Positions 9,090-17,593 of a stretch of DNA of 46,394 bases are shown here, in pieces. Numbering within the stretch: position 1 is the stretch's first letter; every line of letters starts with the position of its first letter. A program made the translations under genes and the position numbers. The notes under the pieces were generated by a model. It was not told where the DNA came from, did no database searches, and was given only the letters and a program-made list of their open reading frames with translations. Origin of the DNA: a bacterium (GTDB lineage: Bacteria; Patescibacteriota; Dojkabacteria; JAKAPS01; JAJZLI01); contig DAHXLB010000010.1 of NCBI GenBank assembly GCA_027371855.1, forward strand, positions 1 through 46,394, read 5' to 3'.

Positions 9090-10471
9090 TTTGTTACATC
9101 TAATAAAAAGTTTGAAAGATCTTTCCTTCCTATAATTATAGGATACCTCATATACGATCTTTGAGCAATTGTAAATTCAGTATCAATAATTACATCTGTG
9201 TCACAGAATTCCAAAGATGTAGAAATTACAGGTCTTATTGAAAAACCATTTGCAGATCTAATAGATTTTAGGTTTAGAGTATACTTTTTTTTAAGTTCTT
9301 CTTCTTTGATATTGATATTTCCAATATTTAAATTTAAAGGCGTGTCAATTTTATTAAAATTTTCTAATATTTTGTCATACCCTAGTTCTTTTGCAATATC
9401 TTCTGATATTGAAGATGTATATGCCCCACTATCCACTTTTGCCTCTGCTGGAGTTGTCATATTTCCTATTAAAACCTTTACTTTTTTTCCTATTATTATT
9501 TTTCCTGTAAGCTCATTTACTTCTTCTTCAATCTCACCACCAAATATCTCTTTAGCTATTCTTATTGAAGATTGAGGGTTTTTTGTTTTTATTTTTGAGA
9601 CAGATAATAATCTTTCCTTTAATCCATCATTATTTGCAATTTGTATTGCTAGCCCCGGCCTTGCATTTACTTCCAATATTAAAGGTCCATTATTTTTATC
9701 TATGGCAATATCAACTCCAAGGAATTTTGCATTAATAGCTATGGATGATAGTATGGACATCTCTAATATTTTATTCCAGTAAGGTATTTTTATTCCACCA
9801 AGTCTTTCTCCTGTATCTGGATGAACTTCTATAGAAGAATCTTTCAATATTGCATTTGTGGTTATTCCATTTGCAATATCAATTCCAACTCCAACACCTC
9901 CAGAGTGAAGATTTGCCTTCCCTTTGGATTCTATTGTAGGTATCCTACATTCAGCCATTATTGGAATATTTCTATATACAATAACCCTAATATCGGGCAA
10001 TCCTTGTTTTGTAAATTTTGAAAATAAAGGAATTACTTTTATCCTTTCTTCAAAAAGAGCAATATCATCTCTTGAATTTATAGAGAAGTTGCCATTTAGA
10101 ATGTCTAAAATGTGGTTTTTTAATTTTGTTAATGTCATAACCTCTTTGTTTGGCATTACCCAAGAATCTTCTTCTTCCTCACTCTTTTTTTTCTTTTTTC
10201 CATATACAATAATTATACCTTCTCCTCCTAGCCCTCTATTTGGTTTAAGTACAAAACTTAAAGGTAGAGTAGAAAAATCAAAATTATTAAATTCTGCTAA
10301 ATCTTTAATTGTTGCAATAGTTTTTGATACAGGAATATTAAAATCTTTAAGTCTTTTTTTAGATCTTATTTTTGAGTTAGATATAACTGTAGCCTTTTTA
10401 TCTATAAAGAGTAGATTTCTGGCATTCATGCCTAAAAGTCCTTTTGATTTTTCCTTTGATATACCTATCAT
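9086..10471 (-). CDS. Alpha-L-glutamate-ligase-like ATP-grasp protein fused to a C-terminal RimK-associated (retropepsin-like) protease domain
   Basis: LGMNARN, KPNRGLGGEGI, PDIRVI, KANLHSGG and LEVNARPGLAIQIAN, followed by AKVDSGAYTSS...MRYPIIIGRKDL. Confidence 0.85.
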   Translation of the reverse strand: MIGISKEKSKGLLGMNARNLLFIDKKATVISNSKIRSKKRLKDFNIPVSKTIATIKDLAEFNNFDFSTLPLSFVLKPNRGLGGEGIIIVYGKKKKKSEEEEDSWVMPNKEVMTLTKLKNHILDILNGNFSINSRDDIALFEERIKVIPLFSKFTKQGLPDIRVIVYRNIPIMAECRIPTIESKGKANLHSGGVGVGIDIANGITTNAILKDSSIEVHPDTGERLGGIKIPYWNKILEMSILSSIAINAKFLGVDIAIDKNNGPLILEVNARPGLAIQIANNDGLKERLLSVSKIKTKNPQSSIRIAKEIFGGEIEEEVNELTGKIIIGKKVKVLIGNMTTPAEAKVDSGAYTSSISEDIAKELGYDKILENFNKIDTPLNLNIGNINIKEEELKKKYTLNLKSIRSANGFSIRPVISTSLEFCDTDVIIDTEFTIAQRSYMRYPIIIGRKDLSNFLLDVTK

Positions 10472-10473
10472 TT

Positions 10474-10518
10474 GGGTCTATATCCTTCGGTGCTGAGTAC
10501 CTTGGTACTGAGTACCTT
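10474..10518. repeat. Intergenic array of three ~15-bp palindromic units
   Basis: GGGTCTATATCCTT (10474-10487), GGTGCTGAGTACCTT (10489-10503) and GGTACTGAGTACCTT (10504-10518). GGTACT-G-AGTACC is a perfect inverted repeat. Confidence 0.85.
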
Positions 10519-11153
10519 TAGTCTTTTATTAATTTTCTAAATCTAAAATATTCTGTTAATTTTAAAGAAGTTACTCTTCCAATGTATAGATCAAATATTA
10601 TTGCAATAAGTGATAAAATAGGATACTTTAAAATTATAGTTCTAAAATCAGAAGATCCAATCATTATATATATCAATAGTCCAATTATTATAGTTTGGAT
10701 ATATATATAATTTCCATGTCGTTCACCTTTCTTAATTTTTATTGTAGCCAAAGATTCTCCAAGTAACATTAGTATTAATATTGCATATATTGACACTTCA
10801 TGATGATAATTAAACAATGCATGTGCACTATATAAAGATGCTATTATTGCAAATGATATAAAAGATATTGTTAAAGCTTCTTTAGCTGTGTGATGTAGAG
10901 TGAAATTTTTGATTAAATATCTTAATATAATCTCAAAAATCAGTATATATAAAACAAAAAATATACCATACAATAATCCTGTTGCAAAGAAAGCTAATAT
11001 AGAGACTACTGTTATATATAGATTAAATGTTTCAAATCCTATTATTTGCCTTATAAAAACTATAAATAATGCTATAACGGGTATGGCTAGCAATATATAT
11101 AATGCGTTTTGGTTAATCCCAGATTGTATTAAAAACAAAGATAATTGTCCCAT
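10518..11153 (-). CDS. 7TM-domain protein of the type associated with ATP-grasp/transglutaminase systems
   Basis: FIRQIIGFETF, C-terminal LKLTEYFRFR motif, ~7 TM helices; lies upstream of the ATP-grasp gene. Confidence 0.8.
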   Translation of the reverse strand: MGQLSLFLIQSGINQNALYILLAIPVIALFIVFIRQIIGFETFNLYITVVSILAFFATGLLYGIFFVLYILIFEIILRYLIKNFTLHHTAKEALTISFISFAIIASLYSAHALFNYHHEVSIYAILILMLLGESLATIKIKKGERHGNYIYIQTIIIGLLIYIMIGSSDFRTIILKYPILSLIAIIFDLYIGRVTSLKLTEYFRFRKLIKD

Positions 11154-11261
11154 ATTGTCCTATAATATTTTAAACTATCTGTATATACCATATTTTAGAT
11201 AGATTTGTCTATTATTATAGTAGTGGATAAGAATATATTTGTAAATAAAATATACTTAATT

Positions 11262-12176
11262 TTATATTAAAAGTTGTAATAGATCTTTTAATTCTGGAGT
11301 TTTTAATTTTTTCAAGGCTTGATATTCAATATTTCTAACTCTTTCTCTTGTAATTCCCAATTTTAAAGCTATCTCTTGTAATGTTTTTTGAGAGTTTTCA
11401 TCAAGTCCAAATCTAAGTTTGATTACAGTTCTTTGTTTTTCTGTTAAGTTTGCCCCATCTAAAATAGTGTAAAATTTCTCTTTAAATTCTTTCTGAACAA
11501 CTATTTCTGTTGCAAGAATATCTGGTGGAGGAAAGCTTTTATCTTCTATAAAATCACCCAGTTCCGCCTCCATTTCATTTCCTATTGGCGTAGATAAAGA
11601 GATCGGTTGTATTGAGGTTACATGAATGTCATGAATCTTTTTTTCTAGAATTCCTGTTTCTTCCCCAATTTCATCTTCATACGGAGATCTTCCAAGTGCT
11701 AATGATAAAGTATTTCTAACACTTTGTATTTTATGTATTATTTCCGTACGATGTAGAGGTATTCGTATAACTTTATCTTTGTCTGCTATAGCTCTTGTTA
11801 TAGCTTGCTTGATCCACCAAGAAGCATATGTTGAGAATTTAAATCCAAGTTTGTAATCAAATTTTCCTACAGCAATCATTAATCCTATATTACCTTCTTG
11901 TATAAGGTCAAGTAGCATTAATTTTTCGGTATGATATTTTTTTGCAATTGATACAACAAGCCTTAAATTTGACTCTGCTAAAGACTTTTTAGCTTTAATA
12001 ACTTCCTCTGGAGTACCTGATTCAATTTTCTTACCTAATTCTACTTCTCCTGCTCTAGTTAAAAGTGGAAATTGTCTGATTTCTTGTAGATAAATTTTTA
12101 CTGGATCTAGATCGGTTGTGTTATCTAAGTACTCCACAAATTCATTACATTCTGATTCTTCTTTAAAAACTTCCAT
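11262..12176 (-). CDS. RpoD-like sigma70 factor, paralog 3 (no region 1.1)
   Basis: [10 protein letters not shown] (region 1.2), [38 protein letters not shown] and TRERVRNIE. Confidence 0.92.
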   Translation of the reverse strand: MEVFKEESECNEFVEYLDNTTDLDPVKIYLQEIRQFPLLTRAGEVELGKKIESGTPEEVIKAKKSLAESNLRLVVSIAKKYHTEKLMLLDLIQEGNIGLMIAVGKFDYKLGFKFSTYASWWIKQAITRAIADKDKVIRIPLHRTEIIHKIQSVRNTLSLALGRSPYEDEIGEETGILEKKIHDIHVTSIQPISLSTPIGNEMEAELGDFIEDKSFPPPDILATEIVVQKEFKEKFYTILDGANLTEKQRTVIKLRFGLDENSQKTLQEIALKLGITRERVRNIEYQALKKLKTPELKDLLQLLI

Positions 12177-12196
12177 AATATTTAATAGACCTTATA

Positions 12197-12225
12197 ACTA
12201 TATTACGACCCATAGTATTAGTCAA
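12197..12225 (-). promoter_or_regulatory. Sigma70 promoter for sigma paralog 3
   Basis: TTGACT, 17 bp, TATAGT on the minus strand, ~20 nt upstream of the ATG. Confidence 0.65.
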
Positions 12226-12230
12226 TGATT

Positions 12231-13121
12231 TTAGATATAATCACGTAATGTCCGTAAAACTTCTTCAGTTCTTAATTCGTTCAAAACTTTAGATTCAATC
12301 TGCCTTATTCTTTCTTTTGTTAGTTTAAATTCTTTTCCAATCTCCTCAAGTGTTCTAGTTATGCCATCATTAAATCCAAATCTTAGTTCTATTATTCTTC
12401 TTTCTCTCTCTGATAATTGTGATAATAGTTGACTAATTTTTTCTTTTAGAAAATCTTGAGCTACTATTTCATCGGGGGGTATATTATTTTTTGATATAAC
12501 AAACTCACCTATAGTAGTAGACGTAAAGGTAGAGGGAGCATAATTCTCTGTACTTACTGGAGTTGATAACGAGATAGGGTATTGAGACATGCTTATAATT
12601 TGTTGGATTTTCTCAGCAGGCTTTCCTATTTCCTCAGCTATTTCATTTAGAGAAGGTTCTCTTTGAAGGTTTTGAGAAAGTATATTTCTTAACCCATTTA
12701 TTCTTTTACTATAGATTATAACGTTGTGTGGTATACTAACGCTTCTGGCTTGTGGGCCTGCTCTTTCAATAAAATGTTTTATCCACCATGTCGCATAAGT
12801 GGAAAATTTATACCCTTTTTTATAATCAAATCTTTCCACGGCTTTTATGAGCCCAAGATTTCCCTCTTGTATTAAATCAAGTAAATCTAGTCCGCAAGAG
12901 TTATATGCTCTCTTTGCAAAATATACAACTAGCCTTAAATTAGCAATAGTTAATTGTTCTGCAGCTTCTATATCACCTTCTGCCATTTTTTGACCTAATT
13001 TTACTTCGGCCTCTTTTGTTAGAAGAGGTATTGTATAAACTTCTTCCAAGTAGGCATCTATAGGGTCTACCATAATCTTGCCTGGTTCATCTTGATAATA
13101 TCTTGTTTTTAAAATCTCCAT
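12231..13121 (-). CDS. RpoD-like sigma70 factor, paralog 2 (divergent regions 2.4/3.0)
   Basis: [46 protein letters not shown] and TKERIRQIE. Confidence 0.92.
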   Translation of the reverse strand: MEILKTRYYQDEPGKIMVDPIDAYLEEVYTIPLLTKEAEVKLGQKMAEGDIEAAEQLTIANLRLVVYFAKRAYNSCGLDLLDLIQEGNLGLIKAVERFDYKKGYKFSTYATWWIKHFIERAGPQARSVSIPHNVIIYSKRINGLRNILSQNLQREPSLNEIAEEIGKPAEKIQQIISMSQYPISLSTPVSTENYAPSTFTSTTIGEFVISKNNIPPDEIVAQDFLKEKISQLLSQLSERERRIIELRFGFNDGITRTLEEIGKEFKLTKERIRQIESKVLNELRTEEVLRTLRDYI

Positions 13122-13200
13122 AATGAAATTATTAAATAACCTAGTGATTATACTATATATTCATAAAATTTATTAATATTAGTGTTTGATATGGTTATTT

Positions 13201-14316
13201 TTATATATAATCTTGGAGGATTTGTTTGACTTCTTTAGTGTTTAGTTTTTTTAAAGCCTTAGATTCAATTTGCCTAATTCTTTCTCTTGTTACTTTAAAT
13301 TCTCTTCCAACCTCTTCAAGAGTTCTTGCAACACCGTCTTGAAGTCCAAATCTTAATTCTATAACTTTTCTTTCTCTATCAGATAAGCCTGATAAAACAT
13401 CACTAATCTGATTTTTTAGAAAATCTTTTGAGGCTACTGCTTCTGGCAATGGGTTATCTTCATCTGCAATAAAATCAGCTATTGTACTTGATCCAGATCC
13501 GTCATCTCCTACAGGAGTTGACAGTGAAGTAGGGTATTGAGATATCTTTATAATCTCTTCAACTTGATCTACAGTTTTACCCATCTCTTTAGCTAATTCC
13601 TGTGACGATGGAGCTCTCTGTAGTTTCATAGATAATGTACTTCTAACTTTTTGAAGTTGATGAATAGTTTCAATCATATGAACAGGGATTCTGATTGTTC
13701 TTTCCTGATCTGCAATAGCTCTTGTTATTGCTTGTCTGATCCACCATGTAGCGTAAGTTGAGAATTTATATCCTCTTGTATAATCAAATTTATCAACAGC
13801 TCTCATTAATCCTATATTACCCTCTTGAATTAGGTCAAGAAGACTCAAACTGCCCCCTTTATAATATTTTTTGGCAATTGATACGACTAGTCTTAAATTT
13901 GCAGTAGTTAAATATTCTGTTGCTTCTTTATCACCACTTTTTATTCTTTTAGCAAGTACTACTTCTTCCTTTCCTGTTAGAAGTGGGATTTTTCCTATTT
14001 CTTGAAGGTATGCTCTTATTGGGTCTGAGTCAATATTAGATTGTATGCTTTTTAGTATCTTAATCTTGTCCTCTAGAGTTATATCTTCTTTTTTTACAGC
14101 TACTGGTTTTTTAGATTTATCTTCGTAATCATCTTCCTCATATATAATTTCTAAATTTTGCTTTGCTAACTCAATAAAAAGCAAGTCAATATTGTCAATA
14201 TTGTTTTCAATATATGGGATTTCACTCAAAACGTCTGATTCTAATAGATATCCTTTGTTTAAAGCAAGAGTCAACAACTTTTGTATTGATTTTTGGGTAA
14301 GCTGAGGTTCCATCAT
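13201..14316 (-). CDS. rpoD: Primary sigma factor RpoD/SigA
   Basis: Region 1.1-like N-terminus (KGYL), canonical [28 protein letters not shown] and TRERIRQIE. Start moved from TTG 14346 to ATG 14316 because an extended -10 (TGaTATAAT, 14327-14335) lies between them. Confidence 0.95.
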   Translation of the reverse strand: MMEPQLTQKSIQKLLTLALNKGYLLESDVLSEIPYIENNIDNIDLLFIELAKQNLEIIYEEDDYEDKSKKPVAVKKEDITLEDKIKILKSIQSNIDSDPIRAYLQEIGKIPLLTGKEEVVLAKRIKSGDKEATEYLTTANLRLVVSIAKKYYKGGSLSLLDLIQEGNIGLMRAVDKFDYTRGYKFSTYATWWIRQAITRAIADQERTIRIPVHMIETIHQLQKVRSTLSMKLQRAPSSQELAKEMGKTVDQVEEIIKISQYPTSLSTPVGDDGSGSSTIADFIADEDNPLPEAVASKDFLKNQISDVLSGLSDRERKVIELRFGLQDGVARTLEEVGREFKVTRERIRQIESKALKKLNTKEVKQILQDYI

Positions 14317-14378
14317 AAGCTTCTTAATTATATCATATATTGTCAAATAATTTATATGTTATATAATCAATTCTACCT

Positions 14379-15281
14379 ATGAATAAAGATATTGCTATAT
14401 CAGATATCCTAACCCAAATAAGAGATTCTATTTTTATTATTTTTAGAAATACTAATCTTTTATCCCTTTCTTTTATTTCTTTAGCTTTGTTTTCATTGAT
14501 ACCACTTTTATACTTTTTATTTACACATTATGTAGTTAAAAATCATAACACAAAATACATACTACATTTAATATCTAATTTTAATATTTTTATTATATTA
14601 CTAATATCATTTATAGTACTTATATACATTATACTAGGAACGTTTTTTTTCTATTTTATTCAAGCTTCTATAGTAAAAAGTATGCTTGATGAAAAATATT
14701 GGGGAAAAATATACCCTATTAAATCTTTCATTTCAAATGGTAGAAAGATTGCAGTTTCATATTTTATATATGAGATTATTTTCGCTATAGTTACAACTTT
14801 TTTATTTATACTATATATATTAGTTGTTATTGTGATAGCGCTTATTCCTTATATAGCATCTTTAATATTTTTGCTTGCACTGGTTCTGCTAGTTTTGTCT
14901 TTGCTATATCTAATATCAGTAAATATGCTAGGTATAATGCTTGTTTGTGATCAAGATATGGATATCATAGATGCTATGAGGATATCCTTTATGAGTGTTT
15001 ATAAAAACATGAGAATATTTTTCAAAATAACGGGTATATTTATATTGTACCTATTGTTCTTTATAGTTTTAATAAGTTCAATTGGTAGCATGGCTATTTC
15101 AGTGATTTCGTATTATTCACATATGGGTATAGCTATGTTTTCAATATTAATTATCTTAGATTTCATACTAATGACATTGCTATATTCTTTTATAAATATA
15201 TTTATTTTAACTTTTTGGGTTGGTATATATATAAAACTAAAAACTTTCAATATATTCATGTTGACAAAAACTATGGGATAG
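14379..15281 (+). CDS. Multi-pass membrane protein, hypothetical
   Basis: About 6 TM helices; includes DIIDAMRISF, a motif seen in uncharacterised membrane families. Confidence 0.7.
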   Translation: MNKDIAISDILTQIRDSIFIIFRNTNLLSLSFISLALFSLIPLLYFLFTHYVVKNHNTKYILHLISNFNIFIILLISFIVLIYIILGTFFFYFIQASIVKSMLDEKYWGKIYPIKSFISNGRKIAVSYFIYEIIFAIVTTFLFILYILVVIVIALIPYIASLIFLLALVLLVLSLLYLISVNMLGIMLVCDQDMDIIDAMRISFMSVYKNMRIFFKITGIFILYLLFFIVLISSIGSMAISVISYYSHMGIAMFSILIILDFILMTLLYSFINIFILTFWVGIYIKLKTFNIFMLTKTMG

Positions 15282-15289
15282 TTTATACT
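15261..15289 (+). promoter_or_regulatory. Near-consensus sigma70 promoter for two small ORFs
   Basis: TTGACA (15261-15266), 17 bp, TATACT (15284-15289). Confidence 0.8.
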
Positions 15290-15319
15290 TTAAATCACTA
15301 ACTTTATTATTTTAATATT

Positions 15320-15502
15320 ATGGATGAAAGATTGACTAGACTAAATGGTGATGAGTTACTTTCACCTAGTGAGGAACATGAGAGGAGATCTGAGAATGGA
15401 TATTTGTTAGAGGTTGAAAAAGCTATAAAGGATTCTAGGACTGAGAATGAGAGAAGAAGAAGGATTCATGAAATAAATAGAAAATATTCAGAGTCAAGAT
15501 AA
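15320..15502 (+). CDS. Small highly charged hypothetical protein
   Basis: 60 aa, Glu/Arg-rich, purine-rich coding bias, strong upstream promoter. Confidence 0.6.
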   Translation: MDERLTRLNGDELLSPSEEHERRSENGYLLEVEKAIKDSRTENERRRRIHEINRKYSESR

Positions 15503-15526
15503 ATTTTAATTTAATATTTAAGTATT

Positions 15527-15727
15527 ATGGGAATAGAAGAAGAAATATATGTTGTAGAAGTTGATGAAAGTGCAAGAAGAATTTTGGAACAGAAGCGTGC
15601 TATAGTTGTGGGGAAAGCTATAGATGGAACAGATTTAAGCTCAGATGAGCAGAGAATGTTAGAAGAACTGTATAGAGAGGTGGATGGAGTAAGAGAGGGA
15701 GATCCGGAAGGTTGGTATGGAGAATAA
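15527..15727 (+). CDS. Small acidic hypothetical protein
   Basis: 66 aa, Glu/Asp-rich, co-oriented with the previous ORF. Confidence 0.6.
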   Translation: MGIEEEIYVVEVDESARRILEQKRAIVVGKAIDGTDLSSDEQRMLEELYREVDGVREGDPEGWYGE

Positions 15728-15739
15728 AATTACTGGATT

Positions 15740-16579
15740 TTATATTTTTCTTGCTGAGGCGTATATATAGAGTTGAGCCCATCCAGCATATCCTGAATAT
15801 TCATCGTTTACTATATCTTGTATTTCAGTAATTTTATAATTTTTATAAACATTCTTTACATGTTTTAATATCCAGGTATCTATAGGAAATGCTGAATTTA
15901 CTCCCATAGAATAGAGTAGTATGCATTTTGCTATTTTATCTCCAACACCTTGGAACGAAATAAGTATCTTATATGCATCTTTTGGGTTTAAGTTATGGAG
16001 GTTATATAAATCTATATTTTCATCTAGGATTTTTTTTGCAGTGTTTTTTATATATTTTGCTCTAAAACCTAATTTTGCATTCTTTAATGTTATATCATCT
16101 GCAGATTCCAATCTTTTAACTTCAGGAAATGTATAAAAGCTATCTTCTAATGCTGGATTTTTTGAATCAGTGAATTCTATTTTATCTCCTAAATACAAAG
16201 AGAGAAGTCTATAGGAAGTATTTATTTTAGGCACATTATTGCAACTTGATATTAAGTATGCAAAAGTACATTCATATTCATCTTGGTTTATTATTCTTAA
16301 ACCCCTATACTTATTTATACTTGATTTTACTATAGTATCTTTAGAAATTTTTTTTATAATATCATCGTAGTTAACATTAAGATTGAAATAATTACTTATA
16401 GTTTCTTCTTTAATTTTTGGAGATGATTCTATATGAAGATAATTACCAATCTGTTTAACTTTTAAGGCATGTTTTCCTATAACACCTTTATACTCATTAT
16501 CAGTAATTTTCACCCATGAAAAACATTGACCAGAATCAAGAGTATATTGCAGATTAAAATCTTCAGTTTTTATTACCAT
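15740..16579 (-). CDS. ogg: 8-oxoguanine DNA glycosylase (Ogg1-type HhH-GPD)
   Basis: TLDSGQCF N-domain, ISSCNNV, HhH GVGDKIA with the catalytic Lys, FPIDTW, and YAGWAQ. Confidence 0.88.
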   Translation of the reverse strand: MVIKTEDFNLQYTLDSGQCFSWVKITDNEYKGVIGKHALKVKQIGNYLHIESSPKIKEETISNYFNLNVNYDDIIKKISKDTIVKSSINKYRGLRIINQDEYECTFAYLISSCNNVPKINTSYRLLSLYLGDKIEFTDSKNPALEDSFYTFPEVKRLESADDITLKNAKLGFRAKYIKNTAKKILDENIDLYNLHNLNPKDAYKILISFQGVGDKIAKCILLYSMGVNSAFPIDTWILKHVKNVYKNYKITEIQDIVNDEYSGYAGWAQLYIYASARKI

Positions 16580-16641
16580 TATAAGTTGACAAATATATAG
16601 AAGTATTATACATTAATATTGGTTAATTATAGACAATTTAA

Positions 16642-17268
16642 ATGGCAAAAAATTATACTAAACATATTGGAATTTTGAAAGTTTTACCCTTCGCTATTTT
16701 AAGTTTAGCACTTGCGACATCTGTTTATGCCGCATCACACAATTCTAACGCACAACAATCTACAGGAAATCCAAATACGACTACAAATACTATAACTACG
16801 CCAGGAAATAATGTTGTCCCAACACCTTCTAATGGTAATGGAAAAACTGTAGGTCAGAATGCTAAAGCTAGTGGATTAGCAACATCTTGTAAAGCAAAGA
16901 TAGTTGCTATTGTCCAAAGATCTAACCATATGTATGATCTTGCAAAAGTACAAGAGAGAGCATTTACCAAAATTGCACTCAGTGTAGAATCTTTTTATTC
17001 AAGTAAGGTTACAGTAAAAAATATAACAGTTCCAAATTATCAAGTTCTAGTAGCTAACATACAGGCTGCAGAAGATTCTGTTCTTGCAGCAGAAACAAAA
17101 GTATCTGGGGATGCAGTAAATCTTACTTGTAGTACTACAAGCCCACAAACAATGGTGTTGGTATTTAATACTGATATGAAAGCTCAAATATCTGCATTAA
17201 AATTGTATAGAATAAGTATAGTTAATCTTATTGTGGCTGTTAAATCTAGTTTATCAACAAGGACTTAA
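16642..17268 (+). CDS. Secreted hypothetical helical protein
   Basis: Signal peptide ending SVYA, Thr/Asn-rich linker, helical domain with two Cys. Confidence 0.75.
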   Translation: MAKNYTKHIGILKVLPFAILSLALATSVYAASHNSNAQQSTGNPNTTTNTITTPGNNVVPTPSNGNGKTVGQNAKASGLATSCKAKIVAIVQRSNHMYDLAKVQERAFTKIALSVESFYSSKVTVKNITVPNYQVLVANIQAAEDSVLAAETKVSGDAVNLTCSTTSPQTMVLVFNTDMKAQISALKLYRISIVNLIVAVKSSLSTRT

Positions 17269-17287
17269 GTTCAACTAAAAATTAATT

Positions 17288-17593
17288 ATGGATAACCAAA
17301 ATACTGATATAGAAATGAAAAAAATGCACAATGATCTATTAGCCTACAAGGTTATAGCATTAGTTGTGTTTCTATTTCTTGCTTTAGCTATTATTTACAT
17401 AGTTGATCTATTAAATAATCCACAGTCTACAACTACCCAACAGACCCAGAGTATGACCACTAACACCCAGAATCAACCTCCTACAGTACCTACGGTTAAT
17501 AATTCTACAGATTTAAATAGTGCATTAAACTACCTAAATGGTACGCATTTAAGCTCTATAACATCAGGTATATCCCAAAATACATTACAGTAG
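17288..17593 (+). CDS. Single-TM protein with Thr/Gln-rich extracellular stalk
   Basis: TM at aa ~23-40 followed by low-complexity TTTQQTQ sequence. Confidence 0.65.
   Translation: MDNQNTDIEMKKMHNDLLAYKVIALVVFLFLALAIIYIVDLLNNPQSTTTQQTQSMTTNTQNQPPTVPTVNNSTDLNSALNYLNGTHLSSITSGISQNTLQ

Noticed and set aside
7802-10518. CRISPR array (short direct repeats at 7802-7850 and 10489-10518)
   Set aside because: Only two copies each, repeats of 15-19 bp, spacers of 0-11 bp, and no cas genes.
14317-14346. TTG start for rpoD, or TTGACA plus TATAAT as a -35/-10 pair
   Set aside because: The spacer is only 8 bp; the region is better read as an extended -10 upstream of ATG 14316.
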